Origin: Planctomycetota bacterium
Lineage (GTDB): Bacteria; Planctomycetota; B15-G4; JADJEK01
Length of the DNA stretch: 64,000 bases
Assembly (NCBI GenBank): GCA_044225365.1
Contig: JBGAIQ010000013.1
Span: 80,261 to 144,260 of the forward strand
Reading direction: 5' to 3'
The position numbers were made by a program, and so were the translations under genes. The notes beneath the pieces are model-generated. The model ran no database searches and was not told where the DNA came from. It saw only the letters and a program-made list of their open reading frames with translations. Every line of letters begins with the position of its first letter. Position 1 is the first letter of the stretch. Below are positions 10,101 to 18,194 of this stretch, piece after piece.

Positions 10101-10501
10101 TCTTTCTCTACTCCGTCGGCGACACGCTCCACGTCGTGGAGCTCGCGACCGGCAACGACCGCACGATCGTCGGCCAGGTCCGGATCACGGCTGCGACGGT
10201 CTCGAACGACGGGCGCTTCGCCGCCATCGGCGATATCGACGGCGCGATTCGAGTCGTGGAGTTCGAGTCGGGCGAGGGATTCCTCGACATTCCCTCGCGG
10301 GACTTTCGCGTCGAGCACCTCGTGTTCGACACGCACGATCGCAGCGTGGCCCCGTCGAACTCGTTGGTCGTCGTCTATGACGACGGGATCGTGCGGCGGA
10401 TCGATCTGCTCGCGTTGAAGGAACTCGCCCGCGATCGAACGCCGCGAGTCCTCACCTCCGGCGAACGCGACCGATTCCGGGTCGACGCTTCGCGCAATTG
10501 A
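7166..10501 (+). CDS. Hanks-type Ser/Thr protein kinase with TM helix and WD40 beta-propeller (paralogue 2)
   Basis: Same motifs (HRDVKPGN, DFGLA, PPE); GTG start at 7166 after AGGA aligns with the start of paralogue 1. Confidence 0.92.
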   Translation: MTRNEDPTPDDPLARAIFDWLDPERFGSGEVEKAPESLASDDKERWRRLISESGKSTLPPLPKASPPPYDRVGPYRLLAPIGSGGFGHVYLGEAEDGTRVAVKLLRAEIARDPRERERFQREATAARRVAHPNCVRVLETGEIEDAKYIVFQVIEGENLDEYLRRLRAVGQRMTEERALEIGIEICDALAAVHAEGLVHRDVKPGNIRLTKQGHAVLVDFGLATGESLAVLTRTGEFIGSLPYAPPEQIRDGVREVGPRADIYSLAATLYECLTGQTVFTGASAEQLVLSIVQDEPISPQRLNPAVSRETAIVLSKALEKSAARRYAVAGDFKADLVALRSGAPIVARPRSIVRTLELSIRKRPVFSLCVALFAVVCVGLPLALLVQQRSYNAKLREERDIANAQRLAALSRIEASVDPARSTLLALESIDRAPTMEGRTALFEGLSWLTEEKTYYGDWDRLAGACAFDGDTRFVALNRKGELFDIDRASGRATIVASGFPPFSVLSGTPNAVRIGLPNGTIQRYSLPDLAKQETVEVGASPVTAIVAMPSCERVLALCGRELVVIENGAVVSRFKPHKGPVGGIAIANDGRTLYSAGDDGAIRAIDVETQAIRDLATIESSMPPKLALSPDGSRLACETETDVLVLDPHTGSALFRCDEDHRQLSVLAFSRDSERLLAAEVVGVVNVMRTSDGARVATHRGHTNPVKSAAFLSDSHDVFTCGSETDSTLRIFAERTVVEDMTIGRSGKDAVRVDELPNGAALLVPSESDRRLDRIAIDGSGIDWKLEFAADSTIDAIALREGCEIFLLTHDSGDFDSRSAIDGHLVRSLPKIPKLLKPSFDATGRGIVTIVDGAITILDSIDGSVLARDRLESASPGCRVFAAAAGTILAGTEDGRILLLDPKTLEIAHSIALGQKAVCAAFYVDPKQDRFAARILSTTGVGVRYEWYSSKDGSLLGRVPEVTSHYTTPFGLARQGSLFLYSVGDTLHVVELATGNDRTIVGQVRITAATVSNDGRFAAIGDIDGAIRVVEFESGEGFLDIPSRDFRVEHLVFDTHDRSVAPSNSLVVVYDDGIVRRIDLLALKELARDRTPRVLTSGERDRFRVDASRN

Positions 10502-10655
10502 CGGTCCGCTGACGACATCTCGCGTCGAATCCTCTTCCGATTCGACGATCGCTTCCCTTCTGCGACCGCGGAGTCGGTGTGGAGCCGGAATCGCGGATCT
10601 CGGACCTGCGATTCTCCCGAGAGTTTCGCGCCGCGCTCCACTACATTCCAAGGCG

Positions 10656-11603
10656 ATGACCCACGTCCTCGTCACCGGCGGATCCGGATTCCTCGGCAGC
10701 GCGATCGTTCGCGAGCTGCGGGCCCAAGGCCACACGGTCTTCGCGACCTTCCAGACGCACGAGGATCGGCTGCGAAGTGAGTTCCCCGGCAAGGAGCCCG
10801 GTCTCGAATTCGTGGCGATGGACCTCACGAGCGACGAGTCGATCGAAGCGGCCTTTCGCCGCGCGTGGCCCGAGGCGGTCATCCACACGGCTGCGCTCTC
10901 CGAGTTGAAGCCGTGTGAAGTGGATCCGGATCTCGCGCACCGCATCAACGTGCAAGCGTCGATCCAGCTCGCGAGAATGACGGCGGCGCTCGGCTCGCGC
11001 TTCGTGTTCCTCTCGACCGACCAAGTGTTCGATGGGTCCTCGACGGCGTACACCGAGGAGGCGCTCGCGAATCCGATCCACAATTACGGCAGGACGAAGC
11101 TCGAGGCGGAGCGCGAGATCCATCGCGCCTTGCCCTCGGCGACGGTCCTGCGCGTCGCGCTCGTCGTGGGCACGAGTCCGAGCGGCGATCGCTCGGCGTC
11201 GGAGAAGGTGGTGAACGACCTGCGCGCCGGCAAGCGGCCGAAGCTCTTCGTCGACGAGATTCGTACGCCGGTCCATGCTCGCGACGTCGCCAAGGCCGCC
11301 GTCCATGCGATCCCCGAGCGCGAATTGCCCCTCGTCCACGTCGCGGGACAAGAAGCGATGTCGCGCTACGATCTCGGACTTCGCGTCGCGCGGGCGTTTC
11401 GCCTCGACCCTTCGAGGATCGAGGCTGTCCGACTCGACGAGGTCGATATGATGCCGAAGCGTCCGCGCAACCTGGCCCTCGAGGCGCGGCGCATGCGTAC
11501 GGTCCTACGATGCGGCGAGACATCGCTCGACGAGCGTCTCGCCGAGGACTTTGCGAGGCAGAGTGACAAGAGGGCGGCGGATTCATCCACGGGCAGTGAG
11601 TAG
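10656..11603 (+). CDS. dTDP-4-dehydrorhamnose reductase (RmlD)-like SDR oxidoreductase
   Basis: TGGSGFLG, STDQVFDG, YGRTK, DEIRTP motifs. Confidence 0.85.
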   Translation: MTHVLVTGGSGFLGSAIVRELRAQGHTVFATFQTHEDRLRSEFPGKEPGLEFVAMDLTSDESIEAAFRRAWPEAVIHTAALSELKPCEVDPDLAHRINVQASIQLARMTAALGSRFVFLSTDQVFDGSSTAYTEEALANPIHNYGRTKLEAEREIHRALPSATVLRVALVVGTSPSGDRSASEKVVNDLRAGKRPKLFVDEIRTPVHARDVAKAAVHAIPERELPLVHVAGQEAMSRYDLGLRVARAFRLDPSRIEAVRLDEVDMMPKRPRNLALEARRMRTVLRCGETSLDERLAEDFARQSDKRAADSSTGSE

Positions 11604-11657
11604 GCAAGGATCGGTGAAGCCGACGCGTTCGACGCGTCGCGCCGCGCCGCGATCGAC

Positions 11658-12857
11658 ATGAAGTTCGTGATGGTGGTGCTGTCGGGAGTCGCCGATCTCC
11701 CGACTCCCTCGCTCGGCGGCAAGACTCCGCTCGCAACGGCGAAGAAGCCCGCGATGGACGCGCTCGCGGCCCGCGGCCGCGTGGGTTCGATCGCGCCCGA
11801 TACGTCGCGTCCGACGGGCTCCGACGTCGCCCTGATGCAACTCTTCGGCTACGACCCGCTGCGCTATCCGCTGCGACGCGGTCCGCTCGAGGCGATCGGC
11901 GCCGGCATCGAATTCGGCGACGACGACCTGGTCGTCCGCGGGAACTTCGTCTCCCTGTATCACGAAACGATCCAGGATCTCACGGGCGGACGGATCACGG
12001 ATCGCGAGGCCGAGATCCTCCTCACCGCGCTCGCCGAGGCGACGACCGACCCGGAGCTGCGGTTCCACCCTCTGCGCGGCTACCGCTTCCTCGTCGTCGT
12101 GCGCGGCGGGGCGGCGTTCCGTGTCGCGTTCGTTCCCCCGCACGAAGTCGTCGGACGGCCGGTGCGCGAGCGGTATCCGCACGGCGCCGATGCGTTGCGA
12201 TTCGAGCGCGTCCTCGATCAATCGCGCGTCGTCCTCGGGAATCACGACATCAACAAGGTCCGCGTCGACCTCGGCGAGAATCCCGCGAACTTCGTGTGGC
12301 TGTGGGGCGCGGGATCGAAGGTCGAGCTGCCGTCGTTCCAGAGCGTGTTCGGCAAGAAGAGCGCCGCGATCGCGGGCTGCGCGCTCGCTCGCGGTCTCGG
12401 CGAGAGCCTCGGGATGACGGTGCCCACGGTGAAGGGCGCGACGGGCGACCTCGAGACCGATCTCGACGCAAAGGCGAAGGCCGCGATCGCCGCGCTCGAC
12501 CATCACGACGTCGTCTTCGTCCACGTCCAGGCCGCGAACGAAGCGTCGCACCTGCGCGATCCAAAGAAGAAGGTCTACTGCATTCAAGACGCCGACAAGC
12601 GGCTCATCGGGCCACTCGCCGATGAACTGCAGCGGCACCCGTCGTGGCGTCTGCTCGTCGCGAGCGATCACGTATCGGCGTCGGCGAAGGACGAACCGAC
12701 GAGCGGCCGCGCGCCGTTCCTCATCGCCGGCTCCGACATCGCCGCCGTCCGCGCGTACCCCTTCGACGAAGAACACGCCGCGCAGAGCGACCTGCAAATC
12801 GACGTGCCGACGAACCTGATGGAGTACTTCCTGACGGTTCGCCCGACCTGGCCCTAG
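11658..12857 (+). CDS. ApgM-like cofactor-independent phosphoglycerate mutase homologue (metal ligands appear degenerate)
   Basis: GGKTPL..AKKPAMDALAARG, GSDVA, RGPLEA, PANFVWLWG, GATG.LETD family motifs. Confidence 0.8.
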   Translation: MKFVMVVLSGVADLPTPSLGGKTPLATAKKPAMDALAARGRVGSIAPDTSRPTGSDVALMQLFGYDPLRYPLRRGPLEAIGAGIEFGDDDLVVRGNFVSLYHETIQDLTGGRITDREAEILLTALAEATTDPELRFHPLRGYRFLVVVRGGAAFRVAFVPPHEVVGRPVRERYPHGADALRFERVLDQSRVVLGNHDINKVRVDLGENPANFVWLWGAGSKVELPSFQSVFGKKSAAIAGCALARGLGESLGMTVPTVKGATGDLETDLDAKAKAAIAALDHHDVVFVHVQAANEASHLRDPKKKVYCIQDADKRLIGPLADELQRHPSWRLLVASDHVSASAKDEPTSGRAPFLIAGSDIAAVRAYPFDEEHAAQSDLQIDVPTNLMEYFLTVRPTWP

Positions 12858-12866
12858 CCACGGCCT

Positions 12867-13063
12867 GGACCGCCACGCTCCAGCGTGGCATATGGATTCC
12901 CAAGTCGTAGGAATGCCGGACTGGCCCGGCGGTTCGAGAAGGCAACGGGAGTTCCGTTCCATACGGATGCCGGGCAGAGCCCGGCGGTCCTGCAGATCGG
13001 ATCGGATCGGACCGCCACGCTCCAGCGTGGCATATGGGGACGCCGGGCATAGCCCGGCGGTCC
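12867..13063. repeat. REP/REPIN-like cluster A
   Basis: GGACCGCCACGCTCCAGCGTGGCAT at 12867 and 13009, plus inverted partner elements (ATGCCGGGCAGAGCCCGGCGGTCC type), between convergent genes. Confidence 0.85.
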
Positions 13064-13070
13064 GAGGCGA

Positions 13071-14024
13071 TCAGTGCGCCCACGCGCGTTCGAACACGTC
13101 GCGGAGGCCGCGATGGAGCGAGCTCGCGACGTCGAGCTTGATGAGCGTCTCGGACGGCGAGCCGGGCACGATCAGTCGCAGGTGCAGCGCGTCGGGCAGG
13201 AAGATCATGCGGAAGCGCCAGAGCGGCGCATGTTTCGTGAGTCGCACTTCGAGTCGTGCGCGGGCGGGAGCGTCGAGCCCGCTGCGGATCTCCTCGAGAT
13301 GCCGTAGCGACGCCTCGATGCGCGACGACATCGCGCCCCGCAGCGGGACGTCGTCCCTGACGGCCTTGTCGATCGCGGAGACTTCGGGACTCTTCGGGTC
13401 GAGGAGCAGGAACCGCACTCGCCCGTCCTTCTCCGTAGCGGCTCGCGCGACGAGTTCGCGAAACTCCGGGTTGCCGAGGAACGAGGAAAACGACGCCGCG
13501 TACACGTCGAGCCGCTTCGGTGCGATCTCCGTGATCAACTCGTACAGCTCGCGCGTGAGTCCACCGGCAGGTTCGTCCGAGGTCGCGAAGAAGCGCACGC
13601 CCGACGTCTTGCGCAGGCCGAAGAAGTCCTGGAGCGCCGCCATCGGGCGCTCCGTGTCGTCGCCGACGATCGCGATGCGGAACATCTCGGTCAGAAGGCG
13701 GATGTCCTTCTGCGCGAAGAAGTACGTCCCGAGCTTGTCGTTGACTGCGCGCAGGGCCTGATGGATCGTCTTGCGACGCGAAGGTGCATCCTCGCGCGCG
13801 GTGCGAAGCAGGTCGTTCTCTCGCAGATGCTGGAAGATCTCGTCGAAGAGGACGGGACGCACGCGATCGCGGAGGAAGCGCAGGATGGCGACCTGGCGAC
13901 TCGGCTCGCCGCGGAACTTCCGCCCGGCCGGGCGGACGATCGCCTCGTTCAGAACCCGTTCGAACGCGTCGCTCGGAATCGTGGGTTCACTCGAGGGAAT
14001 CCGAGGTGACTTCTCATGCGACAT
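13071..14024 (-). CDS. Hypothetical protein, putative regulator (N-terminal helical/HTH-like region, C-terminal DUF5919-like domain)
   Basis: LDVYAASFSSFL...VRFLLLDPKS...LEVRL resembles DUF5919-type domains; divergent from the desaturase. Confidence 0.55.
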   Translation of the reverse strand: MSHEKSPRIPSSEPTIPSDAFERVLNEAIVRPAGRKFRGEPSRQVAILRFLRDRVRPVLFDEIFQHLRENDLLRTAREDAPSRRKTIHQALRAVNDKLGTYFFAQKDIRLLTEMFRIAIVGDDTERPMAALQDFFGLRKTSGVRFFATSDEPAGGLTRELYELITEIAPKRLDVYAASFSSFLGNPEFRELVARAATEKDGRVRFLLLDPKSPEVSAIDKAVRDDVPLRGAMSSRIEASLRHLEEIRSGLDAPARARLEVRLTKHAPLWRFRMIFLPDALHLRLIVPGSPSETLIKLDVASSLHRGLRDVFERAWAH

Positions 14025-14247
14025 CTGGCCCGTCCTTCGCAGCGTCGTTCAACCACGGTCGCGAGCGCGGTTTAGAGTGCTCATTGCTTCGCGCGGATGT
14101 CGCATCAACATACCACGGACAGACATCCGACATCTGGAATACGTGTGGCAAGCGTCATAGCCCATTGACATTCAAGTTCTTGCGCTTGACGCCCGATGAT
14201 TCTTCGTCCATCTTGATGGCGAGTCATCGACCCCGGAAGGTCATCCC

Positions 14248-15255
14248 GTGAGCACCACCGCGCAAGCCCCGAATGTCCGCACGAACCTCGCGAAGAGCCA
14301 GTACTACATCAAGAGCGCCTCGACCCTCAAACAGGAGCTGGCGCGCGAGATCGACAAGGACGTGATCCGCGAGCTGCATCGCAAGCGCGCGTGGCTCCAC
14401 TTCCTCGTGCTCTTCCGCCAGATCGCGTTCATGGCTCTCGGCACCTACGTGAGCTACACGCGCCCCGAGTGGTACTTCTGGATCCCGTCGGCGATCGTCG
14501 TCGGATTCACCGCATTCAACTTCACCGTGATGCTCCACGAGGTCGTGCACAAGGCCGTCTTCGAGAAGCCGAACGCGAAGTGGGAGCGCTTCCTCGGCAT
14601 CCTGTACGCGTTCCCCTCGGGGATCAGCGCGACGCAGTTCACGCGCTGGCACCTCGACCATCACGACAACCTCGGCTCGGCGACCGACGACCCGAAGCGG
14701 TTCAATCTCTCGCCGAAGAAGAACTCGCGCCTGCTGAAGCTCGCGTACTTCACGCCCGCGCTGTTCCCGATCTACTTCCGCGCGGCGAAGAACGAGACCG
14801 CGACGTACTCACCGGAGATGCAGGCGCTCGTCAAGAAGGAGCGCATCCTCACGATCGTCGGGCATCTCGGAATCCTCGCGACGCTGTGGATCACGCTCGG
14901 CTTCACGATGGCCGCGAAGCTGTACATGGTGCCCTACTTCCTGGTCTTCCCGATCGCGTTCGCGCTCAATCGTTCGGGACAGCACTACAACATCGATCCC
15001 GAGGATCCCGCCAAGTGGTCGACGCTCGTGAAGAGTTCACCGTTCTGGAACTTCGCGTTCCTCTGGTCCAACTTCCATCTCGAGCACCACTACTACCCGA
15101 ACGTCCCCTTCTACCACCTGAAGCGGACCCACTTCCTGCTGCAGGCGTTCTTCGCGCGGCGCAACATGGTGCCCGTCGGCTACGGCGAGTTGCTCTGGAA
15201 CTGGATCGTGAGGAACGGCAAGCCGCACACCAAGTGGGGTTGTCGCGGATCCTGA
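14248..15255 (+). CDS. Fatty acid desaturase family protein
   Basis: Three His boxes HEVVH, HLDHH, HLEHH plus TM segments. Confidence 0.9.
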   Translation: MSTTAQAPNVRTNLAKSQYYIKSASTLKQELAREIDKDVIRELHRKRAWLHFLVLFRQIAFMALGTYVSYTRPEWYFWIPSAIVVGFTAFNFTVMLHEVVHKAVFEKPNAKWERFLGILYAFPSGISATQFTRWHLDHHDNLGSATDDPKRFNLSPKKNSRLLKLAYFTPALFPIYFRAAKNETATYSPEMQALVKKERILTIVGHLGILATLWITLGFTMAAKLYMVPYFLVFPIAFALNRSGQHYNIDPEDPAKWSTLVKSSPFWNFAFLWSNFHLEHHYYPNVPFYHLKRTHFLLQAFFARRNMVPVGYGELLWNWIVRNGKPHTKWGCRGS

Positions 15256-15260
15256 CGCGC

Positions 15261-18071
15261 TCAGTGTTTCTCGACCGCGCGCAATGCGACCTCAGTCTCC
15301 TGATGCGCGGTGACGACGGCTTCGGCCTCGAGTTCGAGATACTTGCCGAGCACCTCGATCCCGGTGCGCACGACGTAGTTCCCGGGCTTCAGTCCCATCG
15401 CGCGATAGCCGCCGTTCTCGATTCGCTCCGCGATCCGTGATTCGATCGTGTTCGCCCCGCCTTCGAGTGTGAGCGAGAGCCCTTCCATCGGCAAGGGCGC
15501 GTCGTCGAATCCGTCGGCGTCGATCGTGAGGAGCAACGATCCGGCGGGCGCGACCGGGATCGTGAGCTCGAGGTCGCGGTCCTTCGACATCACGATGCCG
15601 CGTTCGACCCCGACGTACGTGTTCCCTTCACTCGGCTCGAACCTGACGTCCCATTCTCCAGGCACGACGTCATCGAACTCGCAGCGGCCCTGCGCGCCGA
15701 TCCGACGAACGCGCAGCATGCGCTGCGCGAAATCGTTGTCGCTCGGCGATGGCATCTCGAAGCGATCGATGGTCACGGTCCCATCGGTGAGAGCGAGACC
15801 GGTCTCGGCGTCGACGAACGTCGCCACGAAACGACGACACGACACATCGATGTCGAACAATCGCGTGCTTCCCGGAGCCACGCTCACGAATCGACAGGCG
15901 ACGATCTCGTTCGATCCCGACGGGTGGACGAGCAGCGCCCAGTCGCGCGCGTCGAGCAACGACGTCTTGAACTGGCCGTTCTGTCCTGTGCGACAGGTGA
16001 TCGGTTGCGGCGAGCCGATGTAGCGACCGACGCATTCGATCGTGAAGCCCCGCGCGGGCACGCCCTTCATGCGGAGTGTCCCCTCGATCGAGCCGAAGGG
16101 CGACGCCGCGATCGGAATGTCGATCGACTGCTCGGCTCCGGCCTCGAGCCGCACGACGAGCGGACTCGCCATGCGCGACGGCGCGATCGCGCCCGCGAGC
16201 GAGCCGACTCGTTCGCCGCCGTGCTCGGAGAGGAGTCCGATCTCCCACGTTCCTGCGGAGAGTCGGTCGAGGTAGAACGCGCCCAGCGGATCGACTCGCG
16301 CGAACTGCGACTCCGCGGACTCGTTGACCGCGACGACGAAGAGTCCATCCATCGCTTTGTCGCTCGCACCGATCACCTTGCCACGGATGCGCGATGCGGG
16401 TGGAAGGGCGATCTCGCAGTGTGCAGGCTCGCCGGCCGATTCGATGAGGACGTCGTGGAGCGTCGTCGCGACGTGACCGCCCGCGTGCGCCTCGACGCGC
16501 CAGCGATCCGTGACGAGGCCGGTCACGCGGAAGCGGCCATCGGCATCCGTGATCGCGATCGCCCGCTTCACGGCGTCCTGCGGATCGTTGGAATCGTTCG
16601 CGAACGAATCGGCGAACAACTCGACCTCGGCGGCGACGAGCGGCTGCGAGGTGGATGCATCGCGCACATTGCCGAGCAAGGTTCCGCCTCGAGGAAGCGC
16701 GACATCCGCTTCGATCGGACCCTCGCCTTCGGGGATCGGAATGGCCTCGACCGTTCGGGGGACGTAGCCGGGCGCGATCGCCGTCACGTCGAGGTACGCC
16801 CCGTCCGGCATCGCCGGCACGATCATGAAGAGTCGGATCGGGTCGCAACGGAAATCGCAGGACGGACTCTCGCGCTCGAACAACGAGATCGTGCTGGTGT
16901 GCGATTGCGCTGTGCCGTTCACGACGCAGCGAACTCGCACGGGCTCGACTCGCTCCTTGGTCGCAGCGTCGGTCACGTGGACGCGGATCTCGCGAAGGCG
17001 CAGGAGCCGCAACGTGAGTTCGTCCTTCACTTCGTCGAACTCGTGCGAATCCTCGAGGAAACCGAGCGCGTGGGCGTGCAGCCAGAAGGGTCCGCTGTCG
17101 GGGCACGCGATCTCGAACTTCCCATCGCTTCCGCTCGTCGCGGTACCACAGATCACGGATTCGCTGGCTTCGAACGCCGCGGAACGGGCCGAGGATTCGA
17201 CGGAGCATTCGATCGCGACGCCAGCGACGGGCTCGTCCTTGTCGTCGACCGCGAGGCCTTCGACGACACGCGCCTTCTCGAGCGTCACCTCGAGGTTCTC
17301 ACGCACCTCGCCTTCCTTCAGCGAGAAGAGCAGGCCCGGCGCGAGGCGTCCGATGAAGCCATCCTTCGAAGCGAGGATGGAGATCTCGCCCTCCGCGATC
17401 CCGCGCAGTTCGAACTCGCCGTCCGCGCCGGATTTCGTCGTCGCGTCGGAATGCGGGACGTAGACGCTCGCGCCCGCGACGCCGCCGTGCGAGTCGACGA
17501 CCCGCCCGCGAACGACGGCTTCGTGCAGCAGCGTTGCCGTGCCGACGAAGACATCGAGGTCGGAGACGCCGCGAACCGGTTCGAGCGTCGCCTGGGCGAA
17601 TCCGTCGGCCGCGATCGAGAGCTCGATGTCGGCGGAGAGCGGCGCATCGTCGACTCGAAACGACCCGTCGGCGGCGCTGATCGCGTGGCTCGGCAGCGGC
17701 GCCGCGGTGCGCGCCGAATCGAGGTCGGTCGGGTCGGCCCAGGTCACGCGTCGCGCTTCGATGCGCGCGCCGCCGATCGGGGCGCCGTCGGTGTCGAGCA
17801 CGCGACCCACGAGTCCGTGACAGCGCGGCGAGAGGCTCGTCGAGTTCTCGCGAGTCGGCGGCTCGGATGGCGCGCTCGATTCGGCGGTCGTCTCGATGTC
17901 CGTGGCACGCACGTCCTCCGATTCGTGCTTCTCGTGCGACGTTTGCTTCGGGGTCTCCGCGCCGTCGACTGCGTGCCGGCCGCTTCGAATCAGGAACGAG
18001 GCGAAGAGGAGCGCTGCGAGCGCGATCGCGAGCCCTACGAAGGGAGTGGTGGATGCGCGCCCGGATGCCAT
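15261..18071 (-). CDS. Membrane-anchored carboxypeptidase-regulatory-like (CarboxypepD_reg) repeat protein
   Basis: N-terminal TM; repeated GRVLDTDGAPIGGARI / GRVVDSHGGVAGASV / TDADGRFRVTGL motifs. Confidence 0.85.
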   Translation of the reverse strand: MASGRASTTPFVGLAIALAALLFASFLIRSGRHAVDGAETPKQTSHEKHESEDVRATDIETTAESSAPSEPPTRENSTSLSPRCHGLVGRVLDTDGAPIGGARIEARRVTWADPTDLDSARTAAPLPSHAISAADGSFRVDDAPLSADIELSIAADGFAQATLEPVRGVSDLDVFVGTATLLHEAVVRGRVVDSHGGVAGASVYVPHSDATTKSGADGEFELRGIAEGEISILASKDGFIGRLAPGLLFSLKEGEVRENLEVTLEKARVVEGLAVDDKDEPVAGVAIECSVESSARSAAFEASESVICGTATSGSDGKFEIACPDSGPFWLHAHALGFLEDSHEFDEVKDELTLRLLRLREIRVHVTDAATKERVEPVRVRCVVNGTAQSHTSTISLFERESPSCDFRCDPIRLFMIVPAMPDGAYLDVTAIAPGYVPRTVEAIPIPEGEGPIEADVALPRGGTLLGNVRDASTSQPLVAAEVELFADSFANDSNDPQDAVKRAIAITDADGRFRVTGLVTDRWRVEAHAGGHVATTLHDVLIESAGEPAHCEIALPPASRIRGKVIGASDKAMDGLFVVAVNESAESQFARVDPLGAFYLDRLSAGTWEIGLLSEHGGERVGSLAGAIAPSRMASPLVVRLEAGAEQSIDIPIAASPFGSIEGTLRMKGVPARGFTIECVGRYIGSPQPITCRTGQNGQFKTSLLDARDWALLVHPSGSNEIVACRFVSVAPGSTRLFDIDVSCRRFVATFVDAETGLALTDGTVTIDRFEMPSPSDNDFAQRMLRVRRIGAQGRCEFDDVVPGEWDVRFEPSEGNTYVGVERGIVMSKDRDLELTIPVAPAGSLLLTIDADGFDDAPLPMEGLSLTLEGGANTIESRIAERIENGGYRAMGLKPGNYVVRTGIEVLGKYLELEAEAVVTAHQETEVALRAVEKH

Positions 18072-18194
18072 GGACTGAAGCTACCCCGAGCGACCGATTC
18101 GCGAAACAGGGCGGTCAAGCCGAAACGACCGTGAAGACGATGTAGGAAACGACGAGAGTGGCGCAATTCCTCCGCGCGAGATCGGGAGTCCGCG

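Noticed and set aside
3817-10501. Diversity-generating retroelement explaining the duplicated sequence
   Set aside because: No reverse transcriptase in the window; the similarity covers whole coding domains rather than a short template/variable repeat pair with adenine-specific changes.
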